DNA of 63,976 nucleotides, the filler included, from Folioceros fuciformis (taxonomy: Eukaryota): assembly GCA_049999805.1 (NCBI GenBank). It is 11 parts of 11 records of this genome, joined end to end, with 100 filler letters (N's around TTAATTAATTAA, not from the genome) between each part and the next. Parts side by side here need not be neighbours in the genome. Positions count along the whole stretch, not along the records: positions 23,765 to 39,286 come from JBNGIO010002171.1; positions 39,387 to 48,421 come from JBNGIO010002172.1; positions 48,522 to 55,191 come from JBNGIO010002173.1; 8 more parts are not named here. One strand, 5' to 3'. Position numbers and translations under genes: made by a program. Of this stretch, positions 37,397 through 49,589 are shown in pieces. Every line of letters begins with the position of its first letter. Positions within the stretch are counted from its first letter, which is position 1. The notes under the pieces were generated by a model. That model had not been told where the DNA came from. It worked only from the letters and a program-made list of their open reading frames with translations, and did no database searches.

Positions 37397-37507
37397 AGAA
37401 AAATAGTTGTTTTCTATTATTTAAAAAGAGATGAAAAGTCCCACCTCCAAAGAAAAATAGTTGTTTTCTATTATTTAAAAATAGATGAAAAGTCCCACCT
37501 CCAAAGA
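37397..37507. repeat. 54-bp tandem duplication
   Basis: agaaaaatagttgttttctattatttaaaa.agatgaaaagtcccacctccaa occurs twice. Confidence 0.9.
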
Positions 37508-37695
37508 GAACAACCTGAGCAGGGCTAAAGGCCAAAAGAGATAGAGGCATCATGGGGATTCCTTGACTACTAAGTTTGATTTGGAAATTATATTTTTATA
37601 TTAAAAATACATAAATAATGGCACATATTTGTGAGCTTTATATCATATGGCTAAATGAGAGTTCATGACCCCTATTGCAATAAGTTAACTATAGA

Positions 37696-38463
37696 TTAGA
37701 TCTTATTCAGTTTTGTGGCTTGGACACGAGGATTAGCTTGAGCGATTTCCAACCTTCCCCAAGTCTTGAAATCGAAGGTGCAATTGTGTTGCTCTGCCAT
37801 GCGATGCAAAGAGCAAAAGATTTGGCCACAACGGCAACCTAAAGCACACACCCCGATCCTTTTGTGGCATGTGAAGCAACGGTTTTTTGGAGTAGTTCTA
37901 CACGCATTGGTAGACACTAATTCTACAGCATCTTTTGAGATGTGTGGGAAATTGGATTCTACCATATGCCCGAGCTCTTCTGAGTTGAAAGCCTTGAATT
38001 CTAATGCCAAACACTCAATGTGAGTGCTAGGAGGAGACTTCAAATCCCTTGTTAGTGCACTTCTTGACGACATCCTCAGTTCCAAATGCTCATCCTCAAG
38101 CCTATAAGGGCTTTGTTTGGTAGTGGCTTTTCCTTCGATTCTTTTGGAAGGTATCCTACTTCCTTTCATTAGCTCTCTATTGTAACAGCCACGACACATG
38201 CCTCTCCTACTTGGATGTCCACGTTTCATTCCACATCGTTTGATGCACAAATGAGGCAAGTGTGAGATGATGCCCGCAGCTTTGGAGTTCAACCTTCTTG
38301 AGTGGGAATGTTGGATAGGGCCTACACTAGTGCCAACTTGTACTCTTGCCCACATCCTCATTGCTTCCATCTTATAACATGCTAAACACATGTTGAGCAG
38401 CTCAGGTTGACCCAACAAGCCGCACTTCTTCACACATGGAAAACATAGGCTCTTGCCCATCAT
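37696..38463 (-). CDS. A20/AN1 zinc-finger stress-associated protein with two A20-like fingers, intronless
   Basis: CVKKCG...NMCLACYK, CIKRCG...GMCRGCYN, and AN1 CFTCHKRIG...CRCGQIFCSLHR...HNCTFDFK...IAQANPRVQATKL. Confidence 0.88.
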   Translation of the reverse strand: MMGKSLCFPCVKKCGLLGQPELLNMCLACYKMEAMRMWARVQVGTSVGPIQHSHSRRLNSKAAGIISHLPHLCIKRCGMKRGHPSRRGMCRGCYNRELMKGSRIPSKRIEGKATTKQSPYRLEDEHLELRMSSRSALTRDLKSPPSTHIECLALEFKAFNSEELGHMVESNFPHISKDAVELVSTNACRTTPKNRCFTCHKRIGVCALGCRCGQIFCSLHRMAEQHNCTFDFKTWGRLEIAQANPRVQATKLNKI

Positions 38464-38952
38464 TATTTGCTTTGTGAAAAATCTTCTTACTCTTACTCTT
38501 TTTCTTCGTCAATTAGTAAGCTTAGTATGAGATATAATTGATATTATATCTTATCAATATCTCATTATACTATTATAATTTTTATCACCTAATTATCATA
38601 TATAGTCCTACTTTTTTCTTAAAAATTAATAAATTTAGTGTAAGTTATTTCTTACAAAAAAAGAAAAAGAAAATTCAAGTACTTTTATCCTTAACTTTCT
38701 TAATAGTATATGTTATCAATATCTTAGCATACTATTATTAGTATTAGTATAATCTTACTATCATATATAGTCATACTTTTCCTTGAAATATGATAAAGTT
38801 AATATAAGTCAATTTTAATATATAATTTTAAACCTTGGCCTTTGGTATTTGTCTTGACTTAGAAATCATTATGGAATATGATACGGACACCACCCTACAG
38901 TATATGGTTCCACATTTTGAAGCTAATGGGCATGATAGTTTCAATAGTGTGC

Positions 38953-39032
38953 GGCTTTCGAGGCGTCCCAATCTAGCCATCCCGGTTTGGCCGGCTTTCA
39001 AGGCGTCCCAATCTAGCCATCTCGGTTTGGCC
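38953..39032. repeat. 41-bp tandem duplication
   Basis: cggctttc.aggcgtcccaatctagccatc..ggtttggcc occurs twice. Confidence 0.85.
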
Positions 39033-39386
39033 ATCACTCAACATACAAGAGTTTTTTTTCTCTCACCGATCGCACATAATCTCGTTAAGGTTTCAACATT
39101 CCAAGGCATCGCACTAAAGCATAATTTACATTGCAGTGAAGATGGGGTCTTGAAACAAGGAATGTAAGGTGAGAATGCAGGCAAGTGCATGAGGTTCTTG
39201 CAAACTTAGGAGGGAAGCTAGCATGGTTGATAGTGTAGTATGGTGTGCGTTGCACTTCACACACCCATGGCCTTGTGCAATAATATNNNNNNNNNNNNNN
39301 NNNNNNNNNNNNNNNNNNNNNNNNNNNNNNTTAATTAATTAANNNNNNNNNNNNNNNNNNNNNNNNNNNNNNNNNNNNNNNNNNNN

Positions 39387-40117
39387 AGGTGTACGACTCC
39401 CGCACCGGCGTGTGGACTATCACCCAGGAATCCTTGCCGCGCTCAGCCGCACTTGGTCCGGGGCAGGGAATCGCCTTCGACCTCACCAACTGGAGACAGT
39501 GCTTTGGGAGGGGAACGGAGTACAGGGGGTGTATGTACGTGCTGGAGTGGTTGCAAAGGTTTGGAGTGCATCTGTTGGGCTACCCGTGGCGGCGTCATCT
39601 CGGGCTGCTCAGCACCAATCTGGTGTCCAAGGAGCCGTGCACGTGGGTGTGCCAGGGGCTCACCCTGCCCCGGGACGTGTTCACGACGTGCCCGAATCTG
39701 GTGGTGGACTGCTTCGGCCGCCTTCTGCTGCTGACCACCCTCCGGGAGATGGGGTCAGGCCAGGCCGGGGGCCCCTTCTCCGCTTGCATTTGGAGCCTCG
39801 ACCCGGAGACTATGGCGCTGGAGGTGGTGGCAAAGCTTCCCCAGGCCCTGGTGAAGCAGGAGTGGGAACTGGGTCGCTTTGTGCCCATGTCCTGGTTTGC
39901 TGGGGATGACAGGTTGCTGTACATCACCATCCGTGGTGTGCCCATGCAGCTTGTATGCAGCCTGCTTGGGCCGGAGGTGCAGTGGTGGTGGATGCCAATC
40001 AGTGCCCCCATTATGCTCCGTCGGGGCCTCCACGGTGACTACGCTGCCATGCCCCTTACCCCTCGCCTAGACGCCTTCATTCCTGAGCCGGACGTTGAGA
40101 TGGAAGAAGGCGAGTGA
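39387..40117 (+). CDS. Probable C-terminal part of an F-box/kelch-like protein; 5' end lost in gap
   Basis: GC-rich open frame with VYDSRTGVW, PNLVV...GRLLL, IWSLD and a C-terminal TPRLDA typical of plant F-box/kelch proteins; no F-box domain visible. Confidence 0.5.
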
Positions 40118-41566
40118 GGAGGGAATTAGGTGCTGGTGATTCACATACGCGTGGTCTACAGGCCAGGTGGCTCTAGGGTTTCCTTTGTAGCGGCCAGAGT
40201 TGATCTCGTAACTTGGGAAGGGAAATCTTAGGCTTCGACAGTCCTTTTTCTTGCGTAAAAATCTTTCCTCCAGACCACAAAGCCAGACTTTACACTGCGG
40301 GCTGCAGCTGTTCTAGAGCGGCATCCGTGCAGGAAGAGCATCACGGTACTTTTTCGGCCTTAAATTTCCAGCTCTCACCTTCTTGCTCACAAGGCCCTGG
40401 GAATAGACAGCACCTACTGCAGCTTCTGCCCTATCTTCATCGGTCCAAAAGTCTTGCATCAACTGTGTCCAATGCATCGGAGCCTCCATAATTCGTCTGG
40501 GATTCCAAGCCAGGTCATCGTCTTGTCCACCTTCTCGTTTTCCCGAAGCTCCAGAACTGTCTGCTTGCTGTCACCAGCTTCACAACATACATGTATATTC
40601 GTCCAACAGGGCGGATGAATGGTCAGGTCCCCGCATGCCCCTTTCTCGCAAACAGATGTATTTTCAGGAAGTCCTGAATCTTGTCCTGCACATCCTTCAA
40701 CAAAGGTTTTAGCCCAGTAAGACCAATCAGAAACTCTTCACCAACAGACGCCTGGGAATCCCGTCTCAGGTAGGTGCACGGGGAACCTTTAATTTAGTTC
40801 ATGACAGATGCGCACCTCCGTCTGATAGTCTCAGCACCAAGTAAACAAAGCGTTCATGTCTTGGTCTGCTCCTCCAGAACAACACCAAGAACCTGCTGTC
40901 GATTCATGATTCAGCTGGCCGTCATTCACTGGTACTTGCTGATGTCAATTTCAAAAGCAAGGAAGGTCCGCGGCCCCTGTAATGGCCTTTCTGTTGCATC
41001 GTAACACGGTGGGAGCCCTTCAAGTTTGTGGACGAAAGCTAGATGGTCGGTCATCCACAGTCTCTGCACAAAGGCATGCTAACTGCAATTGCAGCTCGGC
41101 ATTAGGTCCACGAGGTAGCCTTGTCATGCTCGTAGCTTCGTCACCTATCTGGGCGAGCATTTCTTCCTCACTCGAAATCCCACGAACATTTCGTGACCCC
41201 TCTGCATGTTTCAACCCACCCAGTCCTATCCTGTCATCTCTTGATTTAGCAGCACCTAGCTCCAATTTGAACTCCTACTGCCGGATTCATTAGGTCCTCG
41301 CACTTTGCCTACGTCCGTCAGTCAGTGTGGTAGCCTAGTGACGCCCGTACACCATCTACCTGCGCCAGCATTCCATCTGTACCGGTAACAAGCCTCCCGT
41401 GCCGGTAGCCTTTGCCTGCTCCTTCATGTCATACTGCACAGGAATGACTCCCGACATCTTTCAGCCTCATGATATGACTTCCAAACAATATTTTCCTGGT
41501 CTTGGGGTTCATGCATGTGAAAATCCTAAAAGTAGGATTACATTAGTTTAGCATATGAAGACGTCA

Positions 41567-43353
41567 TGTTACAAAGATATTTCGTGTTAATGATGCAAAG
41601 TACAAAGGAGGTGGTCTTAAATACATGGTTGGGTGCCCATTGCGAATTGCGAAAGGACGCACCTGCTGGCGATAACAATTTGCTAGTAACCTAACGGACG
41701 TTAACAGACAGGCTTATGAATAGCTTATTTGTTTTCTAACACTCCCTCTTAAGCTAATCATAAGCTAAAAAAATAAAGATGGGTGGGATGCCAAGGCCGG
41801 ACGATTAGAGAGACATCATAGCTTCATCCACGTGGCTTGACAAGGACGTGTTGCTTCTTGTGATAGAGGGATGCCATAATGCTCCCTTCGAAAGCTAAGT
41901 CTTCGCTTCAACTTCCAGTCATGATGAATCGTGGTGAAAAGTCAACCAAACCTAGCTTCTGCATATGTTGATAGTGGCACAGCTTAGGTTAGCCCTTGGT
42001 CAATATATTTGCAGCATTTTCCTTAGTAGAGACATAGCTGGCCTTGACTACACCTCGGTCAACAACATCACGAATGTAATGGTGCTTAATCTCAATGTGT
42101 TTTTTCTTGGCGTGAAACTTAAGGTTCGCAATCAAGGCTAGAGCAGACATGTTGTCACAACGCAAGGGAGTAGGAGAATCCTGCGTCCGATCTAGGTCTA
42201 TGAGGAAGGATCTCTCCCACTTTGCCTCCTTTGCAGCATCTGTGAGTGATTTATACTTTGCTTCAGTGGAGGAGAGAGCAATGGAGGATTGCTTCTTGCA
42301 ACTCCAGTTCCGGCTGCTAAGGACAAAAGAAAACAGTGGGTGCTAAGACTTTTCTGTGAGTCGGGGTTGGAGGCCCAATCTGAGTCGGTATACCCCATGA
42401 GTACCAGCTTTCCTGTGCCTTGACTCTTGTAGGCTAGGCCATAGGTGAGGGTCCCCTTATGGTAGCAGAATATCCTCTTGACCGCTGCCCAATGAGCCCT
42501 TCCAAGTGATTCCACGAATTGAGATGCTGTGGAGACGGAATATTGTATATCAGGCCTGGTCCATCCACTTACAAAAATAAGACTACCATTAGCGTGACGA
42601 TAAGGAACAGATTCCATCTCCTTAGCCTCTTCTGCTATTTGTGGGCACTGGTCTACTATGAGCTTTGTGCTGACGGCATAGGGAATGCTGATTGGTCTGG
42701 CTTGGTCCAACTTAAACCTTGACAGAATCTCCCTAATATATTTATACTAATGAATAATCAGGCTGCCTTGAGCTCTATGTCTTTCATGTCAAATCATGCA
42801 CTCAACAGTTGCTTGACCTCTTCTAGCAAAGCTTGGCTGTTTGTTGCAAGAATAAGGTCATCCACATAGAGAGCAAGGAGCAGGGAGTGCAGCCCTCGAG
42901 AGAGCCTGTAAACATTGCCATCTGCCGAACTTTGCACAAAGGAGGTACTAATAAGGTAAGAGTGCATGATAGTATAGCAGACACAGCCGCTTTGCTTGAG
43001 GCCGTAAATGCACTTCTTCAATCTCAAGACCTTATGTGGAAATTGCTTGCTAAGGTATCCCTCGGGTTGATCCATATAGAGCTCTTCATCAAGTGCTCTA
43101 TAGAGGAAAGCTATACAAACATCCATCTGGTGCAAATCCAAATCTAACTTTGCAGCCAAGGAGAGAAGGATTCGGATGGATTGGGCTTGCACAATAGGAG
43201 AGAACGTCTCCTGGTAGTCTAGCCCTTTGACTTGTGAGAAGCCTCAAGCTACCAGGCAAGCCTTAAAATGAGCAACCTGACCCTGAGCATTCAACTTCAG
43301 CTTGAACGTCCACTTGCAGCTGATTGGCTTCCTACCAGGAGGCAGGTCGACCA
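41567..43353 (-). mobile_element. Decayed Ty1/Copia RT-RNase H with PPT and putative LTR (~41567-41741)
   Basis: LHQMDV, YGLKQSG, ALYVDDL, TRPDIQYSV, GYTDSDWA, KHIEIKHHYIR; stops and frameshifts; PPT AAGAGGGAG next to TGTTAG. Confidence 0.9.
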
Positions 43354-46300
43354 GGATGGAGGGTCGGACTCAATCAACTCGATGACGGATTCGAGGGCTC
43401 CCCTCTAGCTCCGATCAGGCGTGGGATAATCCTCGCTGTCTAGCGGTTGACTGCACCTCTCTCGGTGCCCACAAATTCACTCCAGCCACTACAACGATGC
43501 TAACCTCTCAGGTCTACGACTTCCCTCACTCACTTCACTCACTCACTCACTACAACACCATCAACAACACTACTACCTTCTACACTTCCCTCTTGACTCC
43601 CCCACTCGGCAAGAGTCACTAAACTAACCCCAAAGAAGAGCATGCCCATGATCCACGATCCTACCAGACACCTTGCAAGCATGGTCGGCGCTCACTCTAG
43701 TCCTGCGAGGAAACAAGAATGACATATCATGGGGCACGACACGGAGAGCACAATCAAGAATTAAAGGGACCCGGCCCTTAACCCTGGCACCACTTTTCAA
43801 AGCTTTACCAGACAGTGAACGACATGCACAGCCTGCTGTATCCAAGTAGGGATAGCTCGAGAGAGATCGTAAAGTGACAAGCGGGTTCTAGAGGCTCACA
43901 GCCTCTTATAGAGGACTCCTAACTCTAGTCTCTTTCCTCTCTCTACAAGTTGATCACTAGAACATGACAACCAAAACAATAGTTTATAGCATACCATTAT
44001 TCTAGACTAGTATACCCTACCATCAACTTGACAAGCCACCAGCCCCCTTGCTAGCCCTACCAACAACCTTTGCTGATCCTTGGCTGTTGTCTACTCTTCT
44101 AGATCTTGTAGGCGTCGCCTTCTTATTGTTGAGGAAAAGACTCAACAACTCTCTCACAGCCTCTTATAGAAGACTCCTAGCTCTAGTCCCCTTCCTCTCT
44201 CTACAGGTTCACTACTAGGACACGACAACCAAAGAAATAGTTTAAAGCACACAAGTATTCTAGACTAATCTACCCCACCATCAACTTGATGAGCTGCCAA
44301 CACCCTTGCTAATCCTTGGCTGTTGACTACTCTTCTCGATTAGGTGAGCGCCGCCTTCCTATTGTTGAGTGGTTGTCTACAAAGGCTTCTCCTGCTACTA
44401 TTCCCATGACAGCTGAGGTTGCCTTCAGGCCAACCACCTTCACTACTGCAGCATCTCCCCTAACGAATCCCACGGTGGCTGACGCATAGTCCTTATGGGA
44501 GGAGCACATGTTAGTTTGTTAGTTTAGTCCTAAAGGGATGTTCTACGGGGCTCATAGATAGTAGGTTAGACCTACCCGGGACATGTTAGAAGCAAGAAGA
44601 ACACAGCAAAAGATGTTAGTGGAGAGGTTGCAGGAGTTGAACTTCTGCTGGAGTGGGTTAGGATAGCAAAAAGGCATCCATTACATCCCACCAACGACCC
44701 CAAGGGACAATGGGCCGTTGAACTACCATACAGTCTTGAGACAGAAGTCCCTTGGTGTTAGTATGAGCAGTAGGAGAAGAAAGGGAAGAGATCAAAAGAA
44801 GAGTGATCAGTAACTGGAATTGAACCTAAAATTGGCAACTTATTCAACAAAATTGATTTCCAGCCGAAACGGTCCCTTGCCCATTGGAAACTGATTCCAA
44901 GGTGTTGGGACGGTTCTTGGCCTGTTGGGGGAAGGAAACAGGTGAGGAAGAGCAGAGTTGGAATTTCTGGAATTAAATCCAGAAAAATAAGAGAAAAAAT
45001 AGAAAAGGGAGAAAAAGAAAGGAAAATTAGGAGAAAAAGGAAAAAATATATACGGGAATATGGATACCGTATATGTATTAAATACGTATAGAATATATAG
45101 GAGGTTTACATATATGGATCATATACAGAAAGAATACACAAGATGGGAACACGGGCAGGAGATAGGAGTGGGGAGATTGCGCTGGCCAAATTGAGCATGG
45201 GGCAGGGCGGGGCAGGAAGGATCAGTTGGCCATAAGGGATCAACGAGCAGCGGGGATGGCCGGATCTAGCTGGTTCTGGATGGGAAAGAGGAGTGGGCGC
45301 CGAGGTCGGGGTGGAGGCAGAGGCAAGCAGGGATTTGACAGCAGCGGGAACGGGATGGGCTGGAATCAGGCTGAAGGTGGCGAGGGGAGTGGCATCGGAA
45401 GGAGGGCTGGCAGCTAGGAGCGGGGGAAAAAGATTGGGCTGGTGCAAGATTGGGTTGGTAGGGCAGACTAGAATCCAGCAGCGCGAGCTGCAAAGAGAGG
45501 GTTGATCGGGACAGGGGAGAGGAGGAATGGTAGGGCTCCCTGAACTGAAGTTGGTTGCTTGCTGAATCTGGTTGCGGGCTGGATGGACGGATAACTGAGC
45601 ACGGGGATCAAAGGGCAGCAGCAACAGATCCTACAGCGCGCGGCCGAGGAAATTGGCAAGGTGGGGGAACGGGATGGGGACGATGCCAACGGGCTCTAGC
45701 AGCAGGCATGCCGGCGAGGGGATCGGACTAGCTGGGTTGGCTAGGTAGGCGTGCAGGTGTCTTGTAGGTGGTTGGGTGACGGAGCATGGGCAACATGCCA
45801 GTGTGGGATCCAGATGGCAGGGGCCAGGGAATGAGAGCGCACTGGTCGAGAGGATTGGCTGAGGAAATCGGGACGCAGCAGGTTGAGGCAACATTGACGG
45901 TCAGATCGGGCTAGGGCGGACTACTGGTTGAAATGGCTAGCTAGAATTGAGATCGAGGCGATTGTTGTTGGCAAGCAATGCGCTAGTAGATAGAACTGGG
46001 TTGGTTTGCTGAATCCAGCTAGAGGGGGGGCAAAATCGAAGAGGTGGGGATGCCGGTGGGCTTTAGCAGCAGGCGCTGGTGATTTGCCAGTCAGGCGGGG
46101 CAGATCGAGATGGCAAGCTAAGCATGGGGTGGTGGGCTTTGGTGAGATCGGGTTGCAGGAGTGGCTTGGCACGGGACGTTGGTAGCTGGCTGAAAAAAAT
46201 CGAAATGGGGTAGGGGGATCAAGCTAGCGGAACCGGGCTGCGGAGTTGTTGTGAGATTAAAATAGGGGATAGGAAGTGGGATAAGGAAATTCACACTGGA

Positions 46301-47532
46301 ATCCAATAGAGCAGCGTACTGAATGGCTAGATGCAATGGCTAGATGGTTGTCTGGCTGGCTGAAACTGTCTGCCTAGAAGAATCAGAACAGGGCGCCCGG
46401 AGCGAGATCTGAGAAGGTGACCATTCATGCTGATGGGAATGGGAGTCCAACAATGGGGACTAGATTAATCAAGTCGGGGGGAGGGTAGCATGGGCTAGGA
46501 TCTGGTAGCGTAGGATGCTAGAAATCAAGCCTGGTTGAGTGAAATTTGGGGCCAGGAGGGAACTAGTTGGGGTGAGATAGATCAGCGGCGCGCCAACCCT
46601 ATCTTTTTTCTTTTTTACCGGCGGTGATCGGGGATAGATCAGCGGCGCGCTAGGGCAGATTGGGGCAGGGAGGAATGGGGCTGATTGCTGGCTTCCTAGC
46701 TGGCTCAGCGCCACCGGGATGGAATCTAGCATTGCGGGTCTAGGTGGTGGCTAAGCGCCACCGGGCTGGAATCTAGCATTGCGGGTCTGGGTGGTGGCAG
46801 CGGAGGTAGCTAGATCAGTTATGTGGTTGGGAGAGGGTGCCAATAGGAACAACAGAGGAGATAAGGGATGGAGGTGGATTAGGAGATCGATTGGAGACAT
46901 GTCCCTACAATGCCCAAGTCTTGCAACTCGGTTGAAGCTCCTCTAGTGCACATTCAATCCCAACTCTCGAGGTCCTTCTGCCTCCAACTTGGATCCAAGG
47001 AGGAAATGGAACAAAGACATTAAGAAGGAAGGAGAAAAGAGGCGACGGAAACGAGATAAGAGGAAAATGAAGAAGAGGAAGGAAGGAAGGGAGGAATGGG
47101 GATGGGAACGGCCGCATTTCTGTCCTAGCTAGGGTGCAGCCCTCACGGCCGTTCAGTCAATCATGCAACCCTGTCACCATTTAGTCAATCATGCAACCCT
47201 ATCACCGTTCAGTCAATCATGCAACCCTGTCACCGTTCAGTCAATCATGCAACCCTGTCAACCAGCCTAACCTTCCGATGTGTCTACTACATTCTAACAT
47301 ATCCGCATATTCCCACTCCTAGGTTCAAACAATTATTTAATATTATTTAATTATTTAATACTATCTGACTTTAATTAATATTAAATCAATCAGCAACCCT
47401 AAATTCCTGACTCTATGGTCCAATACTAGACCTAAACTTTTCCAAGTCTGGGACCAAACCCATACCCACTCTAATAACCAATTATTTACTGGTCAATTAA
47501 ACAAGGTCTGATCAAAAAGGGCGGATTCCACA
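43354..47532. mobile_element. Nested non-coding LTR-element sequence: ~230-bp LTR (43354-43584) with PPT, a ~255-bp tandem duplication (~43895-44365) and a long G-rich LTR-like tract ending TTCCACA
   Basis: 43354-43382 matches 59986-60014; cttccctctt follows ...TACA; cccactct.ataacca and ggtcaattaa near 47465-47500 are shared with 60121-60161. Confidence 0.6.
47151..47260. repeat. ~28-bp tandem repeat x4 (agtcaatcatgcaaccctgtcaccgttc)
   Basis: Four visible units. Confidence 0.9.
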
Positions 47533-49589
47533 TAGCTCGTTTTGCACTCTTTGAATTTGGTTAGATGCGCACTCCATATCCACATTTTATCTTTTTTACC
47601 AAACAAGAAGGCCATCGGCCACCCTAAGCCCTTTTTTTATTCAAAAAACTTGAATAACACAAAAACTATTCAGTCCTCATTTTGAGTGTTCTTAAAAAAA
47701 CTTAATATTTTGCAACTATTGAATGTGGTGCGCCGATCTACCGGCACACGACTTATTCAGATAACACCATGTTCACGTTTCGGACGACAAGCTCACACAA
47801 AAATAGGGTTTGCCTCCGAATCAACAACTACATCTAAATCTCTAAGTCGTTGTGCATCCTTATCACCAAAGTCATCGCCTCCCACATGTAGCATGGAAAA
47901 GTGGGGGTCATCTACTATTTGGGGTGGCAAAGTACCATTCTCATCCCACACAGTGATGGCATAAAGGTCCTCTGCTGGCCTATCATCATTCTCCGATGTC
48001 ACCTCTCCTTTCTTCCCCAAGAGATTGTATACCTACATTTTGCGATCAACGTTGCCATACTTGCACACTTCTTTTGCCTAAAACTTTGATGGGCCACGTG
48101 TGAAAGATTTTGTAGTAATCTCTTCATCAGAGTCAGGTCGGACTGCGCCGGTGTGGAACGGAAAAGTTTGGTAATCGATCTAAGAAAGTCTAACTTGGTT
48201 TTTTTCTGTTCAGAATAGTTCGAAGGAAGGCATTTGGAAGGTAGGTTTCTGGGCAAGTGCCCATGGTAGGTAGTGAGCGGCTGATGAAAGTTTTTATGGA
48301 GTATTTTTGTTCTATTCTAGTAGGTTAGAATAAGAAGATACCTACATACGTAGAGAGAGTACCTACGTGGGGAAAATGGAAGATACCTACGTAGGTAGGG
48401 AAGGTACTTATACGGTAGACANNNNNNNNNNNNNNNNNNNNNNNNNNNNNNNNNNNNNNNNNNNNTTAATTAATTAANNNNNNNNNNNNNNNNNNNNNNN
48501 NNNNNNNNNNNNNNNNNNNNNCTTGAAACAATAAGATTAACCCCTACTATGTGTGCACAAGAATTTGTAATTTGTTGATTATGAGGTGAATATTTTTTCA
48601 ACTTCGGATGCAGATGATATATGGACTTCTATTCAAATTCCATTCCAAAATGAAGTCGTGGAAGATGCACTTGGGGTGATACCTGCGTAGAGCAACAACC
48701 TAATGATATGATATCTACAATTATGAGTTTGTAACAAATTGAGAAAGAAGTTTTAAAGTAGGTTAGGTCCTCTTTAAAAAGAAGTAGAAATAACCTGTTT
48801 TTGAGGCCAATTTGAAGTTCATTTCTTATTTTATTTATTATAAAGTTATAATAATATTAAATAATTACATTTTATATTATATATTTAATAAAGTAAATAA
48901 ATAACTATATATAAAATATATTTTATGATTTTTATATTTTAAATAAATTCAAATATTTTTTTAATAAATATTTAAATTCTCTAATGCCCTACTCCGAACA
49001 GACATTTAGGGAGGATGGACTGTATATGTATAATTTCTTGAAGATTATTTTAACATGAATCAATCATGTAATTATACTCTACGTTTTTTGTAATTATACT
49101 CTACTTTTCTTTCGAGCATTCATTGGTATTTTAAAACAGTAAGCTCTGTGTATATAAAATATTATTAAATACTAAAAAAAAGGCAAAGCAAAAGCTATAT
49201 GTTACAGCTATTTCACCTGATTATGTCATATGCATACTCACCATAAGTGAATTAGTCTCAACACTCCACGGGGTGTTGGCCCATTTTAAAATGGATATAT
49301 GTCTTCACAAGTTGCGGGTAAACCAACCACACATATAACCTCGCCGAAACCGACGACTGATCATCACGAGACACTGGTGCAACGGACTACGAAGAACACA
49401 CTCACCTTGGTATTTACAAATGCGGGCCTCTGGACAGTAAAAAAGAACAAGTGGGAGGCAATCCAAGGAAAGGGACAGAAAATATGTAGTGGGCTTCTGG
49501 CATGAAGAGCTTGGTTATTGGTGTCAGCCAAGGATGCGTGTACACTGGACCCGCAAAACGCTCGCCTACTCTGTTCAGGCCGTTTCACT

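Noticed and set aside
47151..47260. Short repeat arrays (here and at 59720-59860) as CRISPR arrays
   Set aside because: Head-to-tail units with no unique spacers, no cas genes, and a eukaryotic context.
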